IMG/VR virus record: IMGVR_UViG_3300046722_000114
Span: 1 to 58,460 of that record
Source: a virus
Taxonomy: Duplodnaviria; Caudoviricetes
DNA length: 58,460 nt
Reading direction: 5' to 3' (one strand)
Position 1 is the first letter of the stretch. The number at the start of each line of letters is the position of its first letter. This document shows positions 35,880-45,775 of the stretch, one piece after another. Below the pieces are notes generated by a model. That model was not told where the DNA came from. It was given only the letters and a program-made list of their open reading frames with translations, and ran no database searches. A program made the position numbers and the translations under genes.

Positions 35880-36200
35880 TCATAGCAGCCCCACCAGCAT
35901 CGGCAGCAAGCTCGGCAGCACCTGCGGGATCAACATCTTCACAGCCTGCCACATGGCACCCCGCCAATCGCCCGAGACGCCCACAGTCGGCACGCCGTTG
36001 AGGCAGGCGCTCTTGGCATCTGCCCAGTAAACCCCGAGGGCGCTTTTGGGATCGAGGCTGTTGAGCGCCGCAGCGGCAGCCGGCGGCATCGCCGCCATAT
36101 CGGTGCAGACCGTATCGGCCACCTGCGCCGCCTGCTGGCAGCCTGAGAAGGCGAGCGGCAGGGCGAGGGCGGCGGCGAGGGCGAGGTGCTTCATGTTCAT
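35880..36200 (-). CDS. Lipoprotein (possible spanin-like lysis protein)
   Basis: MNMKHLALAAALALPLAFSGC lipobox; hydrophobic C-terminus; GGGGAG RBS. Confidence 0.6.
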   Translation of the reverse strand: MNMKHLALAAALALPLAFSGCQQAAQVADTVCTDMAAMPPAAAAALNSLDPKSALGVYWADAKSACLNGVPTVGVSGDWRGAMWQAVKMLIPQVLPSLLPMLVGLL

Positions 36201-36458
36201 TCTCCCCATACTGAGAGGTAGCCGACGAGGAGCGTGAGGAAGAGGACGCCGAACACGATCAGCACGGTCAGCAGCCATAGCCTCACGAACCTCATGGTTC
36301 AGCATCGACAATCGTGGTTCCCAGCGGCATCTCGCTCACGTCTCCGAACGGGACCATCCGGCGAGCATGGCAGATCTCACACTCCGTCCAGACGTTACCC
36401 ATGATCCAGACCAAACGCCAGTTGCGCCCGTGGAAGCCGAGCCAGTGACGCAGACGGA

Positions 36459-36764
36459 TCACGGCGCGGGCGGCGGAACCACCGTGTCCCGCGTGCCGAT
36501 GTCCTTGAGCGCCTGGATCGTCGCCTGCACCTGCGCGCGTGCGGCGTCAATGGCTGGCTGGTTGCCGCCGGCAAGTGCCGCTTCAAGCGCCTTGAAATTG
36601 GCGTCCATCTGCGTGCCGAGCGCCGCGACTTCGGTTTGAAGATCGGCGATGTCTTGGTTGAGACCGGAAAAGTCACTCATGGTTTGCTCCTTGAAGGATT
36701 GCAGGTTAGCGAGGATCAGACTGATCCCCGCTTCGATACGAACTGGCCACGGTTGCCAACGCAT
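36459..36764 (-). CDS. Coiled-coil hypothetical protein
   Basis: Helical heptads; alternative start at 36680 with AAGGAG. Confidence 0.55.
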   Translation of the reverse strand: MRWQPWPVRIEAGISLILANLQSFKEQTMSDFSGLNQDIADLQTEVAALGTQMDANFKALEAALAGGNQPAIDAARAQVQATIQALKDIGTRDTVVPPPAP

Positions 36765-36908
36765 TTAGATGCGGCCGGTCAGAAGTAGGATGACCAAAAT
36801 GATGAGCAGGATACCGCCGATACCGCCGCCGAACGCCGGGCCGCCGTAGTAGAACCCGCCGCCTCCGAACAGGATGATGAGGATGATCAGGAGGAAGATC
36901 AGGTTCAA
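36765..36908 (-). CDS. DUF3309-like small membrane protein (47 aa, not in ORF track)
   Basis: MNLIFLLIILIILFGGGGFYYGGPAFGGGIGGILLIILVILLLTGRI. Confidence 0.75.
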   Translation of the reverse strand: MNLIFLLIILIILFGGGGFYYGGPAFGGGIGGILLIILVILLLTGRI

Positions 36909-37201
36909 TTTAGCGTTCCCATCCGATTAGAAAAAGTTACATTCTTCCATATATCACCATCTCCGATCCAAGGGAGAACCTGATCTGTTGAAAAGAGCGC
37001 AGTGCTAGGGTTAAGCGATACGGCTCCCGCTCGGCGCGCCGGTATCCCGTCCGCGAACATGAAGTAACAGATGATCGCTACGCTGATCCAAGCGAGCAGC
37101 GGGTGATACGGTGCGGCCCATGACGAGGCCGGGACCGGTAGAGCCGCGAATAGCCACAGCAGCATGCAGACGATCAGGACGATTTCGAGGATGAGCGCCA
37201 T
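36905..37201 (-). CDS. Two-TM membrane protein
   Basis: Hydrophobic segments; GGGAG RBS. Confidence 0.6.
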   Translation of the reverse strand: MALILEIVLIVCMLLWLFAALPVPASSWAAPYHPLLAWISVAIICYFMFADGIPARRAGAVSLNPSTALFSTDQVLPWIGDGDIWKNVTFSNRMGTLN

Positions 37202-37212
37202 GTTTAATCTCC

Positions 37213-37626
37213 CTATGGAGTCGCAGGCGCGGATTGCGGGGCCACGTTAATGGGAACGCTTGGTGCCGCTACCTGTTCCGCCGGGCTGATCCGGGTGGCA
37301 ATGTTGGGTTCACCGGGTGGCGTGACCGTGACGACGACCGCGGCGCCGTGCTGCGCCGAGGCGACGGCGGAGGCGACCAGCATCTTTCGGTCCCTGACCT
37401 TCTGATACCACGACCAGACGGCGCTTGCCGCATACGAGGCGATCCCCGCTGCCGTCATCGCCGCCGAGATATAGCCCGAAATCTGTGCATCGGTAAGCGA
37501 CGGGATCACGATGCCGGCAGAGGCTAGCGCGCCGCCAATGAACGGCAGCAGGGCACGGATCTGCCCCGCCCACTGAGCCACCTTCACAGGGTCAGGCGGC
37601 GGTGGGAGGTTGATTTCTGTGCTCAT
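37213..37626 (-). CDS. Putative holin (Pam3-gp28-like)
   Basis: G.IRALL..IGG.L...VWSWYQK with two TM segments. Confidence 0.6.
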   Translation of the reverse strand: MSTEINLPPPPDPVKVAQWAGQIRALLPFIGGALASAGIVIPSLTDAQISGYISAAMTAAGIASYAASAVWSWYQKVRDRKMLVASAVASAQHGAAVVVTVTPPGEPNIATRISPAEQVAAPSVPINVAPQSAPATP

Positions 37627-37645
37627 TTCATCAATCTACCATAAA

Positions 37646-37888
37646 TCAGGAAGTTTCTTCCGGCTTATTGTCGAAAGTCACGTCGGCAGCGCTGATCTCG
37701 CCGCTTCGGATCATGCTGTTGGTTCGTTCGAGGGAAGCCGCCAGATCAGCAAATATATGCGGGTCAACGCCGATGCTTGGCCCGTCAGAGACATCCAGAA
37801 CGAATGTCCCATCATCGCTGCGGGTCACATGCTTCTGGAGTAGACGCATCGCGGCCTCGTATTGCGACGCTCTCTCAACCAGCTTCAT
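37646..37888 (-). CDS. Hypothetical protein
   Basis: Co-oriented ORF. Confidence 0.5.
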   Translation of the reverse strand: MKLVERASQYEAAMRLLQKHVTRSDDGTFVLDVSDGPSIGVDPHIFADLAASLERTNSMIRSGEISAADVTFDNKPEETS

Positions 37889-37891
37889 GGC

Positions 37892-38098
37892 TCATCGGCC
37901 ATACGAATGCCGGGGCATCAGCCGTATCGTGTGCGGCCCGAGCGCCACCTTTGCTACCGTGCCGGTTCGATCCAGCCACTCCACTTCTCCGGTCTTATCG
38001 TCCGCCGACACAAGGTCGCCCAGGTTGACCGTCGCGTAGCTGTCGATCCGCACAGCCTGCCAGTTCTTTGCCGTCTCGCCTTCGATCTTCATGGTCAT
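37892..38098 (-). CDS. Hypothetical protein
   Basis: GGAG RBS. Confidence 0.55.
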   Translation of the reverse strand: MTMKIEGETAKNWQAVRIDSYATVNLGDLVSADDKTGEVEWLDRTGTVAKVALGPHTIRLMPRHSYGR

Positions 38099-38107
38099 TC
38101 TCCGCTC

Positions 38108-38524
38108 TCACTTATCCGGCCTGTTCAGCGAGCGCACATAGACCTCCAGCAGCCGCAGCCTCTCCTCGATCTTTCCTGACTCGTTTTCCGACGAGCGCGC
38201 CGTGGCCTGCAACTCCCCCGTGGTCGGCCTCGTCGATTCCAGCCGGCCTATCGCCCGGTCGAGAGCATCAAGACGATCGGTGAAGCGGCGTTCCATCTGC
38301 TCAAACTCTTTCTGCGACGGGAACTCCTGCCGGCGCTGATCAAGCGAAGCCTGAAACCTGATATCAGAGGCCTCCCGATCCGAAAGCCGCTTATCGACGG
38401 TCGCAAACCGCTCCTGGATCGGCCCGAAGGCGAGCGCCCAAAAGGCGCCTACAACGACCAAAATCAGCATCCCGACGCTGGTGAGCGATTGCCAGTTCGC
38501 GGGGGTTGGAGAAGAAGCGGCCAT
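38108..38524 (-). CDS. Single-TM coiled-coil protein (lysis-module associated)
   Basis: N-terminal TM followed by coiled coil. Confidence 0.6.
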   Translation of the reverse strand: MAASSPTPANWQSLTSVGMLILVVVGAFWALAFGPIQERFATVDKRLSDREASDIRFQASLDQRRQEFPSQKEFEQMERRFTDRLDALDRAIGRLESTRPTTGELQATARSSENESGKIEERLRLLEVYVRSLNRPDK

Positions 38525-38530
38525 CCGGCC

Positions 38531-41371
38531 TCACCCCGTCGCCCCTATCGGCCCGATGGCGTACCTGGGATCAACATTGAAGTCGAGCGGCGGCGTGTAA
38601 GCATATTCGATCGCTCGGATCGCGGCATAGATCGTCGCCGCGTGGCCCGTTGGATCAATAATCGTCGCCATCGCCAGCGCGCAGGTATTGATGTTCACAT
38701 AGGAGTTCGTTGCCGCCTGATTGCCAGCCGGGGCGCCCGTGACGTGCGCGAGGCCCGTGGGGCAGCCCGCATAGGGGTCCGGCATGTTGTCGAACTCGTG
38801 ATAGAAGAAGTTGCCGGAATCGTTGTAGCTGTTCCCGACATTGGTCCACGCGGCATTCCAATCCGCCGGCCACACCGAGTCGGTCGGGTAGTCCGACCAG
38901 ATCGCCAGATAGTCGGCTGGCAGCCAGTAAAGGCATCCCCCGATCGTCGTATCGTTCCGGTCAACCGAATTGTTCTTCCAGAAATTATTGCAGAAGCTGG
39001 CATACGCCGGCACTTCGTTTCGCCATCCCTCGATCGACAGGCCGATAAAGGCGATGTCCATCTGCCACCCGAGCATGAGGTTCGCTTGCGGCGGTGCGTA
39101 CATTCCAATAGGCACCGCCGCGGCGACGGGGCCGACAAGGATCGCCGGCACCCCACCGGGGTTCGATACCGAGTTCACATTCTGCCGCCACGCCTCAAAG
39201 TAGAGCGCCTGCTCGGCATGGACATCGCACCAGTATTGCAGAACCGGATCGGTCGCCGGCATCAGGTGGCGCGTGTTTCCCAACCATCGTATGCCCCAGC
39301 CGATTGCCCGCTCTTGCTCAAAAACCATGAGGCGCTGGTAGGTAATCGAGCCGATGGCAATCTGTTTCCAGAACGACTGGTCCCCCAGGCACATATTGCC
39401 GATGTGCAGCATATACTCGCGGTAGAGATCGTCGCCTGATTTCAGGTAAGTCAGGTATCCCGGCATCGGGCCGTGCGCCGAACTCATAAAGACGGTGTAG
39501 GCTTCGTATATGCCGTCTGCGCCCGGCGGCAGCCAGTTCGGGGTATTCAGCGCATAATACGGTCCCGAGCGCTCGGTCGGGCGGCACACACCGAGATTTG
39601 TATAGGTGGTCCCGTTCCGCAGGTGCCCGTCGTTCATGATCGGGATTTTCCCGACTGCCTCATCCTCAATGTAGATGTGCTGCTCGGCGAAGGTCAGGGC
39701 GATGACGCGGCAATTCTGGTTCTGCGTCACGTCGAAGGGAGTGTAGAGCAGCTTGACCTCATGGCTCATCATCCAGCCAATACGGTCGTCCCCGATATTG
39801 TCGCCGGCGGCGTTGAGGTTCCAGGTGAAATACATATTGCCCGGAGAGGCGGTCCACAGGCTCGTATCGGCGGTCGGCGAGAGCCCGGTGAGATACGGCG
39901 GGACCGCCTTTGATTTCGTCGTCAGGTAGACGAAATCGTGCGCCATCTCGTAGGCCGGGCGCGTTGCTCCAGACCACAGCCGATGCGCGTTCTCGTCAAG
40001 GTAGACCTGGCCGCAGAAGGCGAAGCACTGGCAATGCGGGGTGAAGGTGATTGTGCCACTGCCCTGCGTCGTGATGTCGGCGATCGCGCTCGTCCAGTGA
40101 ACGCTCCCATCGGTGATATCGGTGCCATTACCGGTCGGGCCGCCGCTGCCCGCGCTCGTCCCCGCCGTGATGCAGCGATACACCACATAATCACTGTTGA
40201 TGACGTAAGCACCAACCCCGTAATCGGTCAACGCGACCCACCCTATGCCTGCGGGTGGCGGCAGCAGGAGCGTGGGGGTTGGCGGCGCTGTGTTGCTGAT
40301 CGCCTCGGCATCGGACCGGGTTCTCGTGAGTGGCGTACCATTCGCCAGAGCGCCGGCATAGGGGCTGAGCCAGTAGACCTCCGAGGTATCGATCCCCGTG
40401 CCAACCGTGCCCGAGAGCGTGACCGGCACCCCGCCCGGTACATAGCCGAAGTTGGAGAACATGCCGGCAGACGATGCGATGGTGATCACCTTCGTCGTCG
40501 TGTTGAAGGCGGTCGAGGCGATCCCCGCTACCCGCGAGTCAGCCGAGCCGCCCCACGCTTGAAGCGTTGTCGCCCCGTCCAAGAGCGTCATGTCAAAGAT
40601 GATCGTGTCGTTGGAGGCGCCGCCGAGCGTCCCGCTGGTCGTGACGATATTCGACATCCGCACGCCGCAGCCGATCTCGAACGGCCCCGCGCTGCCCCAG
40701 GCCCGCACGTAGATCCAACCCTTCAGCCACTTGTGGAAAGCGTTGTCGCTCGTGCGCCGTAGGTAGGACCAGAAGCGCCACTCAACGCAGATCGGCCCGG
40801 CCCGCACAACCTCCCAGCCGCGCATCGGGTTGGCGCCCCATGGCCAATTCGTGCCGTTGGTGATGATGTCGTTGACGCCGACCTCGAAAACGTCGCTGCC
40901 GAGGGTCTGCCCGGTGAAGTGCGCCTTGATGTCCGAGTTGGCCGCCACGTTGGCGAGCGTCGCAACTGGCGTCCGCGTCGGCGCACCCGAGACGCTCCAC
41001 ACCTGATAGGTAATCACCTGATTGGTCGAGAAGGTGTCCGGCGAGACGAAGCTCAGGGCCGCGCCCTTCCAGCTCCCGTCCTGCAGCCACGTCGGCTCCT
41101 GATCCTGCTGGCTGGCAATGACCGTCGTGCCGTCGTTCGCGCGCAGTTCGATGTGTGACCCGCTTGGCACATCACCCGGCGCTAGCGGCTGGTAGATGCT
41201 AATCCTCGGGGTGGCGAGCGAACTGCCGCTGGTGTTCTTGACCTGGAAGGTCGTCACGGCGCCGGCTGGCGCGACCGGCGCAGCGACTCCGCCCATCCGG
41301 GCCCGCGCCGCCCGAGGCAGTATGAGCGCCGTTGCCACTGCGCCAATGAGATCGCGCCGCTTCAGTGCCAT
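38531..41371 (-). CDS. Large Tat-signal adhesin/carbohydrate-active-like protein
   Basis: MALKRRDLIGAVATALILPRAARA; PLAPGDVPSG..W.DGS.K.A beta-sandwich; CBM-like module. Confidence 0.7.
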   Translation of the reverse strand: MALKRRDLIGAVATALILPRAARARMGGVAAPVAPAGAVTTFQVKNTSGSSLATPRISIYQPLAPGDVPSGSHIELRANDGTTVIASQQDQEPTWLQDGSWKGAALSFVSPDTFSTNQVITYQVWSVSGAPTRTPVATLANVAANSDIKAHFTGQTLGSDVFEVGVNDIITNGTNWPWGANPMRGWEVVRAGPICVEWRFWSYLRRTSDNAFHKWLKGWIYVRAWGSAGPFEIGCGVRMSNIVTTSGTLGGASNDTIIFDMTLLDGATTLQAWGGSADSRVAGIASTAFNTTTKVITIASSAGMFSNFGYVPGGVPVTLSGTVGTGIDTSEVYWLSPYAGALANGTPLTRTRSDAEAISNTAPPTPTLLLPPPAGIGWVALTDYGVGAYVINSDYVVYRCITAGTSAGSGGPTGNGTDITDGSVHWTSAIADITTQGSGTITFTPHCQCFAFCGQVYLDENAHRLWSGATRPAYEMAHDFVYLTTKSKAVPPYLTGLSPTADTSLWTASPGNMYFTWNLNAAGDNIGDDRIGWMMSHEVKLLYTPFDVTQNQNCRVIALTFAEQHIYIEDEAVGKIPIMNDGHLRNGTTYTNLGVCRPTERSGPYYALNTPNWLPPGADGIYEAYTVFMSSAHGPMPGYLTYLKSGDDLYREYMLHIGNMCLGDQSFWKQIAIGSITYQRLMVFEQERAIGWGIRWLGNTRHLMPATDPVLQYWCDVHAEQALYFEAWRQNVNSVSNPGGVPAILVGPVAAAVPIGMYAPPQANLMLGWQMDIAFIGLSIEGWRNEVPAYASFCNNFWKNNSVDRNDTTIGGCLYWLPADYLAIWSDYPTDSVWPADWNAAWTNVGNSYNDSGNFFYHEFDNMPDPYAGCPTGLAHVTGAPAGNQAATNSYVNINTCALAMATIIDPTGHAATIYAAIRAIEYAYTPPLDFNVDPRYAIGPIGATG

Positions 41372-43053
41372 AGGCCGCCCCTGGTCTTGCCGCCCTTCAC
41401 CGGGGCGGGCGCGCCGCCAGCGAACTCCCAGCCCCCGACATCGTAAGCGCTCGACTGCGGGCGCGTTGTCCCGATGATGTCAGGCGTATCAAAATTGTAG
41501 GTGATGCAGACCGGATTCTGGGTCACGCAGTTGACATCGAAGTTGCCATAAGCGCTGCCTGCACCCCGGAGCCCCGAGCCACTCGACAGCCTCCAATCGC
41601 TCGCCGGATTGACAAAGCTGCCCGCATACGAGGCGGCGTAGGCGGCCCCCGGCATTGGGGAAATCGTGTAGTTGTTACTGAAGAAGCTTGTCGTATAAAC
41701 CACCGTACCGGAATCGGTAGCGCTGTTGTCGGTTACGTTGTGATCCCCGACCCAGGCGATGCCATCGCCCGCCCGCTGCGCTACCGCGTGCGCGAAGCCG
41801 AAGACCGCCGTGTTCGTGACTATCGGGACCGCAGGGTCAGCGATAGGCCCCGCGCTATACGACAGAAGTGCTCCACTGTCAGCGATGCTGTCCGTTGTTA
41901 CAATCGTCGAATGCATAACGTAACCTGGATATTTGAACCAGACCCCGATGAATGAATGCGAAACGACGAGGGAATTTGCAAGTACAGCAGGGCCGCAATT
42001 CAGAATGATGGTCGGCGTATTAACCACCGATCCGTTGTTGCCCTCTATGATGGAGTCGCGAACCGTGGTGTTACAAGCGTTTAGCGCATCAATCGCCGGG
42101 CCGTTGTCGCTCTTGATCTGAAGCCCGATCAGGTTTGAGTAAGCATTGCCGATGACGTACCCGTCGTCCGGCCCGAAGCCGTGTACCGTATGGGTATTGT
42201 GGATGTAGACGCCCTTGGCCGGGTCGGGCGCCGTAAGCGGATCGCTCGCAGTAATGGTATCTCGGAAACTCTCTCCCGCCGCCGCCGTCAGGGTGGTGTA
42301 GTAGCAAGGGTTACAACTGGTGGTCAGGTTCTCGCCCGCGGAATCATCTCTGCCGTAGTGGAAAGCCCCCCCGGTAATCGGCTCCAACTCTCCGAGGAGC
42401 CCCCCCGTATAGGGGCGGTCATTCCACAGGTTTGCCGTATAGTTCTGGGTCATGTTATAGATGGCGGTGATCGTGCCGCCGGAGGGTGGGCCTGTGTAGG
42501 TCTGCGGCGGAATATATGCGACCTGCGACGAGTAGGTGATGTCGGCCTGATACTGCCACTGGCAGCCATCGCCGAGCACCCCGCTCCCCGTCCCCGATGG
42601 CGCGATCGTGCTCGTGCAACTGTCGCTCAGCAGCACATAGGACCGCAGCGGAGCATCCGACGTAACCCTGGCACGGTAGAGATAGGAGGCTGCCGCCCAT
42701 TTCTGGACATCATAGGCCCAGCCGGTGATCGAGATGTAATCGACGCCGGATAGGTACTTCCAGGTGCAGTCGCCATCGGAGATCGAACTGCCGGTGCCGC
42801 TAGGGCCGCCGCTCGCTGCACTCGTGCAGCTACCGCCGCTTGTCAGCTCGTAGGCGTTGAGCGCGCTGCCGGGATTGTACGTCCCTGCCCCCTCGTTCCA
42901 GCCCGAGCCGTTAAGCACCCGCGTCTGCGGCCCGCTGGCCGGGCTGTAGGCGTGCGAATGCAGCCAGCCAGGCGCGTTATGGACGTTCGCGGTGACGTCC
43001 GCAAGCGCAGGCGATGCCCACAGCAGAGCGAAGAGGACCACCGTGCGCCGCAT
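41362..43053 (-). CDS. Sec-signal beta-helix adhesin with CBM-like modules
   Basis: MRRTVVLFALLWASPALA|D; GGP.G..I.DG.C.W.Y modules; DIIGTTRP..YDVGGWEF; KGGKTRGGLWH end. Confidence 0.7.
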   Translation of the reverse strand: MRRTVVLFALLWASPALADVTANVHNAPGWLHSHAYSPASGPQTRVLNGSGWNEGAGTYNPGSALNAYELTSGGSCTSAASGGPSGTGSSISDGDCTWKYLSGVDYISITGWAYDVQKWAAASYLYRARVTSDAPLRSYVLLSDSCTSTIAPSGTGSGVLGDGCQWQYQADITYSSQVAYIPPQTYTGPPSGGTITAIYNMTQNYTANLWNDRPYTGGLLGELEPITGGAFHYGRDDSAGENLTTSCNPCYYTTLTAAAGESFRDTITASDPLTAPDPAKGVYIHNTHTVHGFGPDDGYVIGNAYSNLIGLQIKSDNGPAIDALNACNTTVRDSIIEGNNGSVVNTPTIILNCGPAVLANSLVVSHSFIGVWFKYPGYVMHSTIVTTDSIADSGALLSYSAGPIADPAVPIVTNTAVFGFAHAVAQRAGDGIAWVGDHNVTDNSATDSGTVVYTTSFFSNNYTISPMPGAAYAASYAGSFVNPASDWRLSSGSGLRGAGSAYGNFDVNCVTQNPVCITYNFDTPDIIGTTRPQSSAYDVGGWEFAGGAPAPVKGGKTRGGLWH

Positions 43054-44888
43054 CAGTGCCACAATCCGCCCCTGATCTTGCCGCCCTTCACCGAGGCCAC
43101 TGGCCCTCCGGCGAGAAACTCTGCCGCCCCCAGGTCGTAGCGCGATGAAACCGGGCGCGAGGTCTGGTAGATGTCGAGGCTCGCCGCGGTGATCGTCCCC
43201 ATCCATGTCATGCAGAGGCCGCAACCCCCCGTAGCGTAGGTGAACGCGGCTCCCGCCCCGTAGATGTCGGCGCTCGTGTTCTTGATCCGCCAGTCCGCGC
43301 CCGCCGTCAGCACCGGGTTCTGGAACTGATTGGCGATCGTGATCCCGGAGAGCGTCGTGCCGGGGAAGGCGGCTGCCGTGTACGTCGCGCCATACAGCGC
43401 ATCGGTAAAGGTGTTCGTTGGCGCACTCGCCACGTCCGTCGCGTTGTCCGCTCCATCCACCGTCGTTCCCGGCGGCGTGAGATCGTAGGCGAAGGGGTTG
43501 GTGCAGCCGATGATCGTGTCGTTCTTCCAGGGCACGGATGGCGGATTAGTCTGCACCCAGAACAGGGTGACCCCCGTGCTGTTCGTCACCCCGGGCTTAC
43601 AGGCAATCGTCGAATTGAAGATGACGCCCTGGTACTTCAGGCTTAGCGCAACCGAGCCCGCCACGGTCGAGCGAGACGCGACAAGGCTATTGGAGATATT
43701 GCACCCGAGGTCACAGCTAAAGGCCACAACCGCATTGTCGCCACCGACGACGATCGAGCGGTCCAGCCAGACAAGGTTCGTGTTCGTCGGGCCAGTCACA
43801 TATAGCGAGGCAGGCGTGGTCCACAGCGCCGCCGAATGCATCGAGACGATCTGAAGCCCGCTGAGTTTCGTATTCGAGTCGCCGAGGTTCAGGCCGCTTC
43901 CGGCCCCGTTCGACCCCTGCGCGTCGTCGTTGAATATGTTGACCCCCTTGGTTACGTCATACCAAAGCGGGGTCGTCCCCGGCGCCACATTGTTATACCA
44001 GCAATCCCCGCTAAAGCACTGATAGGTTACCGTGTAAGTCAAGCCGGTGTTCGCCCCGAGGCAATCGAAATTGTCAAGTGAAGAGTCGTTGAGGCACCGA
44101 ACCTCGGCGTCATTTATCATGTCGGCGTGATAATGGCTCTGGAGCGGCGAGAGTTCGCCGTTGGCACCCGGCTTGTAGCTCTGCCGCTGCGTGCCGCCAT
44201 AGATCAGGTTGACGACGTAGTTGTCGGCGTACTGCATCTGATATCGCGCCGTCCCGAGGATGGATAGCTGATGCGGCAGACGGTGCGCACCTGACGTATA
44301 GGTGACATCGCCCTGATAATTCCACTGGCAGGTGCCATCGGTAATAAAGCTGTTGAAGGTCGTCCCGGTCGGCCCGCCACCACTCCCCGAAGAAACGCAA
44401 TCGGGATCGCTGATCGAGTTGTAGCAGTGCCCGGCGTTGATGACCACGGCGAGGAGCGTATAGGTCGTACTCTGCGCCCATGTCCGGTTTTCGTCGCACG
44501 CGAACCCGGTGAACGTGACGTAATCGACCACGGCGAGGAGCGCCCAGGTTACGCCGCCATCGGTCACGGTCGAGGCGCTTCCCCAGCCGGCGGGAACGCT
44601 GCCGTCGAGCCCGCCACCGACCCCTGCCGGGGTGCCGCTGGCGCAGGCGGTGTTAAACACGGTCGGATCGCTGCCACCGGTCCCGCCGACCGTGACCGCA
44701 AATACCGCAAGGCACGAGCCGCTGGTGTACGCGGTCCCGTTCCAGCCCGCACCTGCGACGACGCGATCTTTGAGCGCGTAGGAGTGGCTCGACTGCCAGC
44801 CCGGCGCGTTGGCGACGTTGACCGTGACGGTCGCCCCGGCAGGGGCCGCCCACAGCAACGCGGCGAGGACAATCGCGAGGCGCCGCAT
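43053..44888 (-). CDS. Sec-signal beta-helix adhesin, paralog of 41362..43053
   Basis: MRRLAIVLAALLWAAPAGA|T; NAPGW; DIY...RP..YDLGAAEF; KGGKIRGGLWH end. Confidence 0.7.
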   Translation of the reverse strand: MRRLAIVLAALLWAAPAGATVTVNVANAPGWQSSHSYALKDRVVAGAGWNGTAYTSGSCLAVFAVTVGGTGGSDPTVFNTACASGTPAGVGGGLDGSVPAGWGSASTVTDGGVTWALLAVVDYVTFTGFACDENRTWAQSTTYTLLAVVINAGHCYNSISDPDCVSSGSGGGPTGTTFNSFITDGTCQWNYQGDVTYTSGAHRLPHQLSILGTARYQMQYADNYVVNLIYGGTQRQSYKPGANGELSPLQSHYHADMINDAEVRCLNDSSLDNFDCLGANTGLTYTVTYQCFSGDCWYNNVAPGTTPLWYDVTKGVNIFNDDAQGSNGAGSGLNLGDSNTKLSGLQIVSMHSAALWTTPASLYVTGPTNTNLVWLDRSIVVGGDNAVVAFSCDLGCNISNSLVASRSTVAGSVALSLKYQGVIFNSTIACKPGVTNSTGVTLFWVQTNPPSVPWKNDTIIGCTNPFAYDLTPPGTTVDGADNATDVASAPTNTFTDALYGATYTAAAFPGTTLSGITIANQFQNPVLTAGADWRIKNTSADIYGAGAAFTYATGGCGLCMTWMGTITAASLDIYQTSRPVSSRYDLGAAEFLAGGPVASVKGGKIRGGLWH

Positions 44889-45775
44889 CAGAAGCCGCTA
44901 TTGGTATGGAGCGCCGTATTCATCCCCGAAACGAAGCCCCCCGCATTCAGATCGGCGTTGTAGAAGGCCAACTCGGTGGTAAAGCCCGTATTGCTGAGGG
45001 TCGGGGGACACCAGATGAACGACCCGTCCCCATTGAGCCCCGTGCCGACCGTGCCCGTGTGATCCGTGCCGTTGACGAAGATATGCCCGGCTGCCGCCCC
45101 ATCGTCGCCTTCGATGAGAGCGTAAGTTGTTGCTGCGCTGATCGTCACGCTCGCCGTAAAAAAGGGGCCTCCGCGCTGATAACCTAAAATGGTTCCTGAG
45201 GAATTAAAAAAAGTGTTCACTGTGGTTTCGTAGGAGGTAGCATAGCTTGCGGAACCTGGAGTGGAGGTGGAATTGTAAGTGAAGATGGTATAATTCGGCC
45301 CTGCCGTTCGAGTGAAAGCGTTGGCGTAGAGCCTGGTTGAGTTGTCAGCGACACACCCCATCGCCGGCAGCGTGCCGATCGCATTGACGACGAACAGCGG
45401 GTTATTGTTGCCAAACGAGTTCGCGGTAAATCCGTTCCCCGAATCGTCATAGGCTTGCGAGATATAGCACTGGTTGCCGCCGGTGCCGCAGGTCGCGATC
45501 GTCCCGACCCCTTGGGTGGAGGAGACCAGCCCGGTCGTCGCGTCGGTCTTGATGTCCTTGGTCGTGCCGCCGGAGCAGCCATAGGCGATGACATCGCAGA
45601 TTTGGTACATATTCGAGCCGCGCGAGGCGGCGCTGAAGGCCACGCTGCCGTAGTGGCCCTGGATTCCGGTCGCCGACACGTCCCCGATGCCGGTGAAGGA
45701 GGGTGCGCTCACGGGCAGTTGCGCGACCCAGCCACCGAGCAGCAGCAGCGGCAGGAGGAGAAGATAGCGCTTCAT
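44888..45775 (-). CDS. Signal-peptide ConA/LamG-like (arabinofuranosidase-B-like) lectin protein
   Basis: MKRYLLLLPLLLLGG; DI....G.V..YDDSGNG motif; TGATG coupling. Confidence 0.6.
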   Translation of the reverse strand: MKRYLLLLPLLLLGGWVAQLPVSAPSFTGIGDVSATGIQGHYGSVAFSAASRGSNMYQICDVIAYGCSGGTTKDIKTDATTGLVSSTQGVGTIATCGTGGNQCYISQAYDDSGNGFTANSFGNNNPLFVVNAIGTLPAMGCVADNSTRLYANAFTRTAGPNYTIFTYNSTSTPGSASYATSYETTVNTFFNSSGTILGYQRGGPFFTASVTISAATTYALIEGDDGAAAGHIFVNGTDHTGTVGTGLNGDGSFIWCPPTLSNTGFTTELAFYNADLNAGGFVSGMNTALHTNSGF

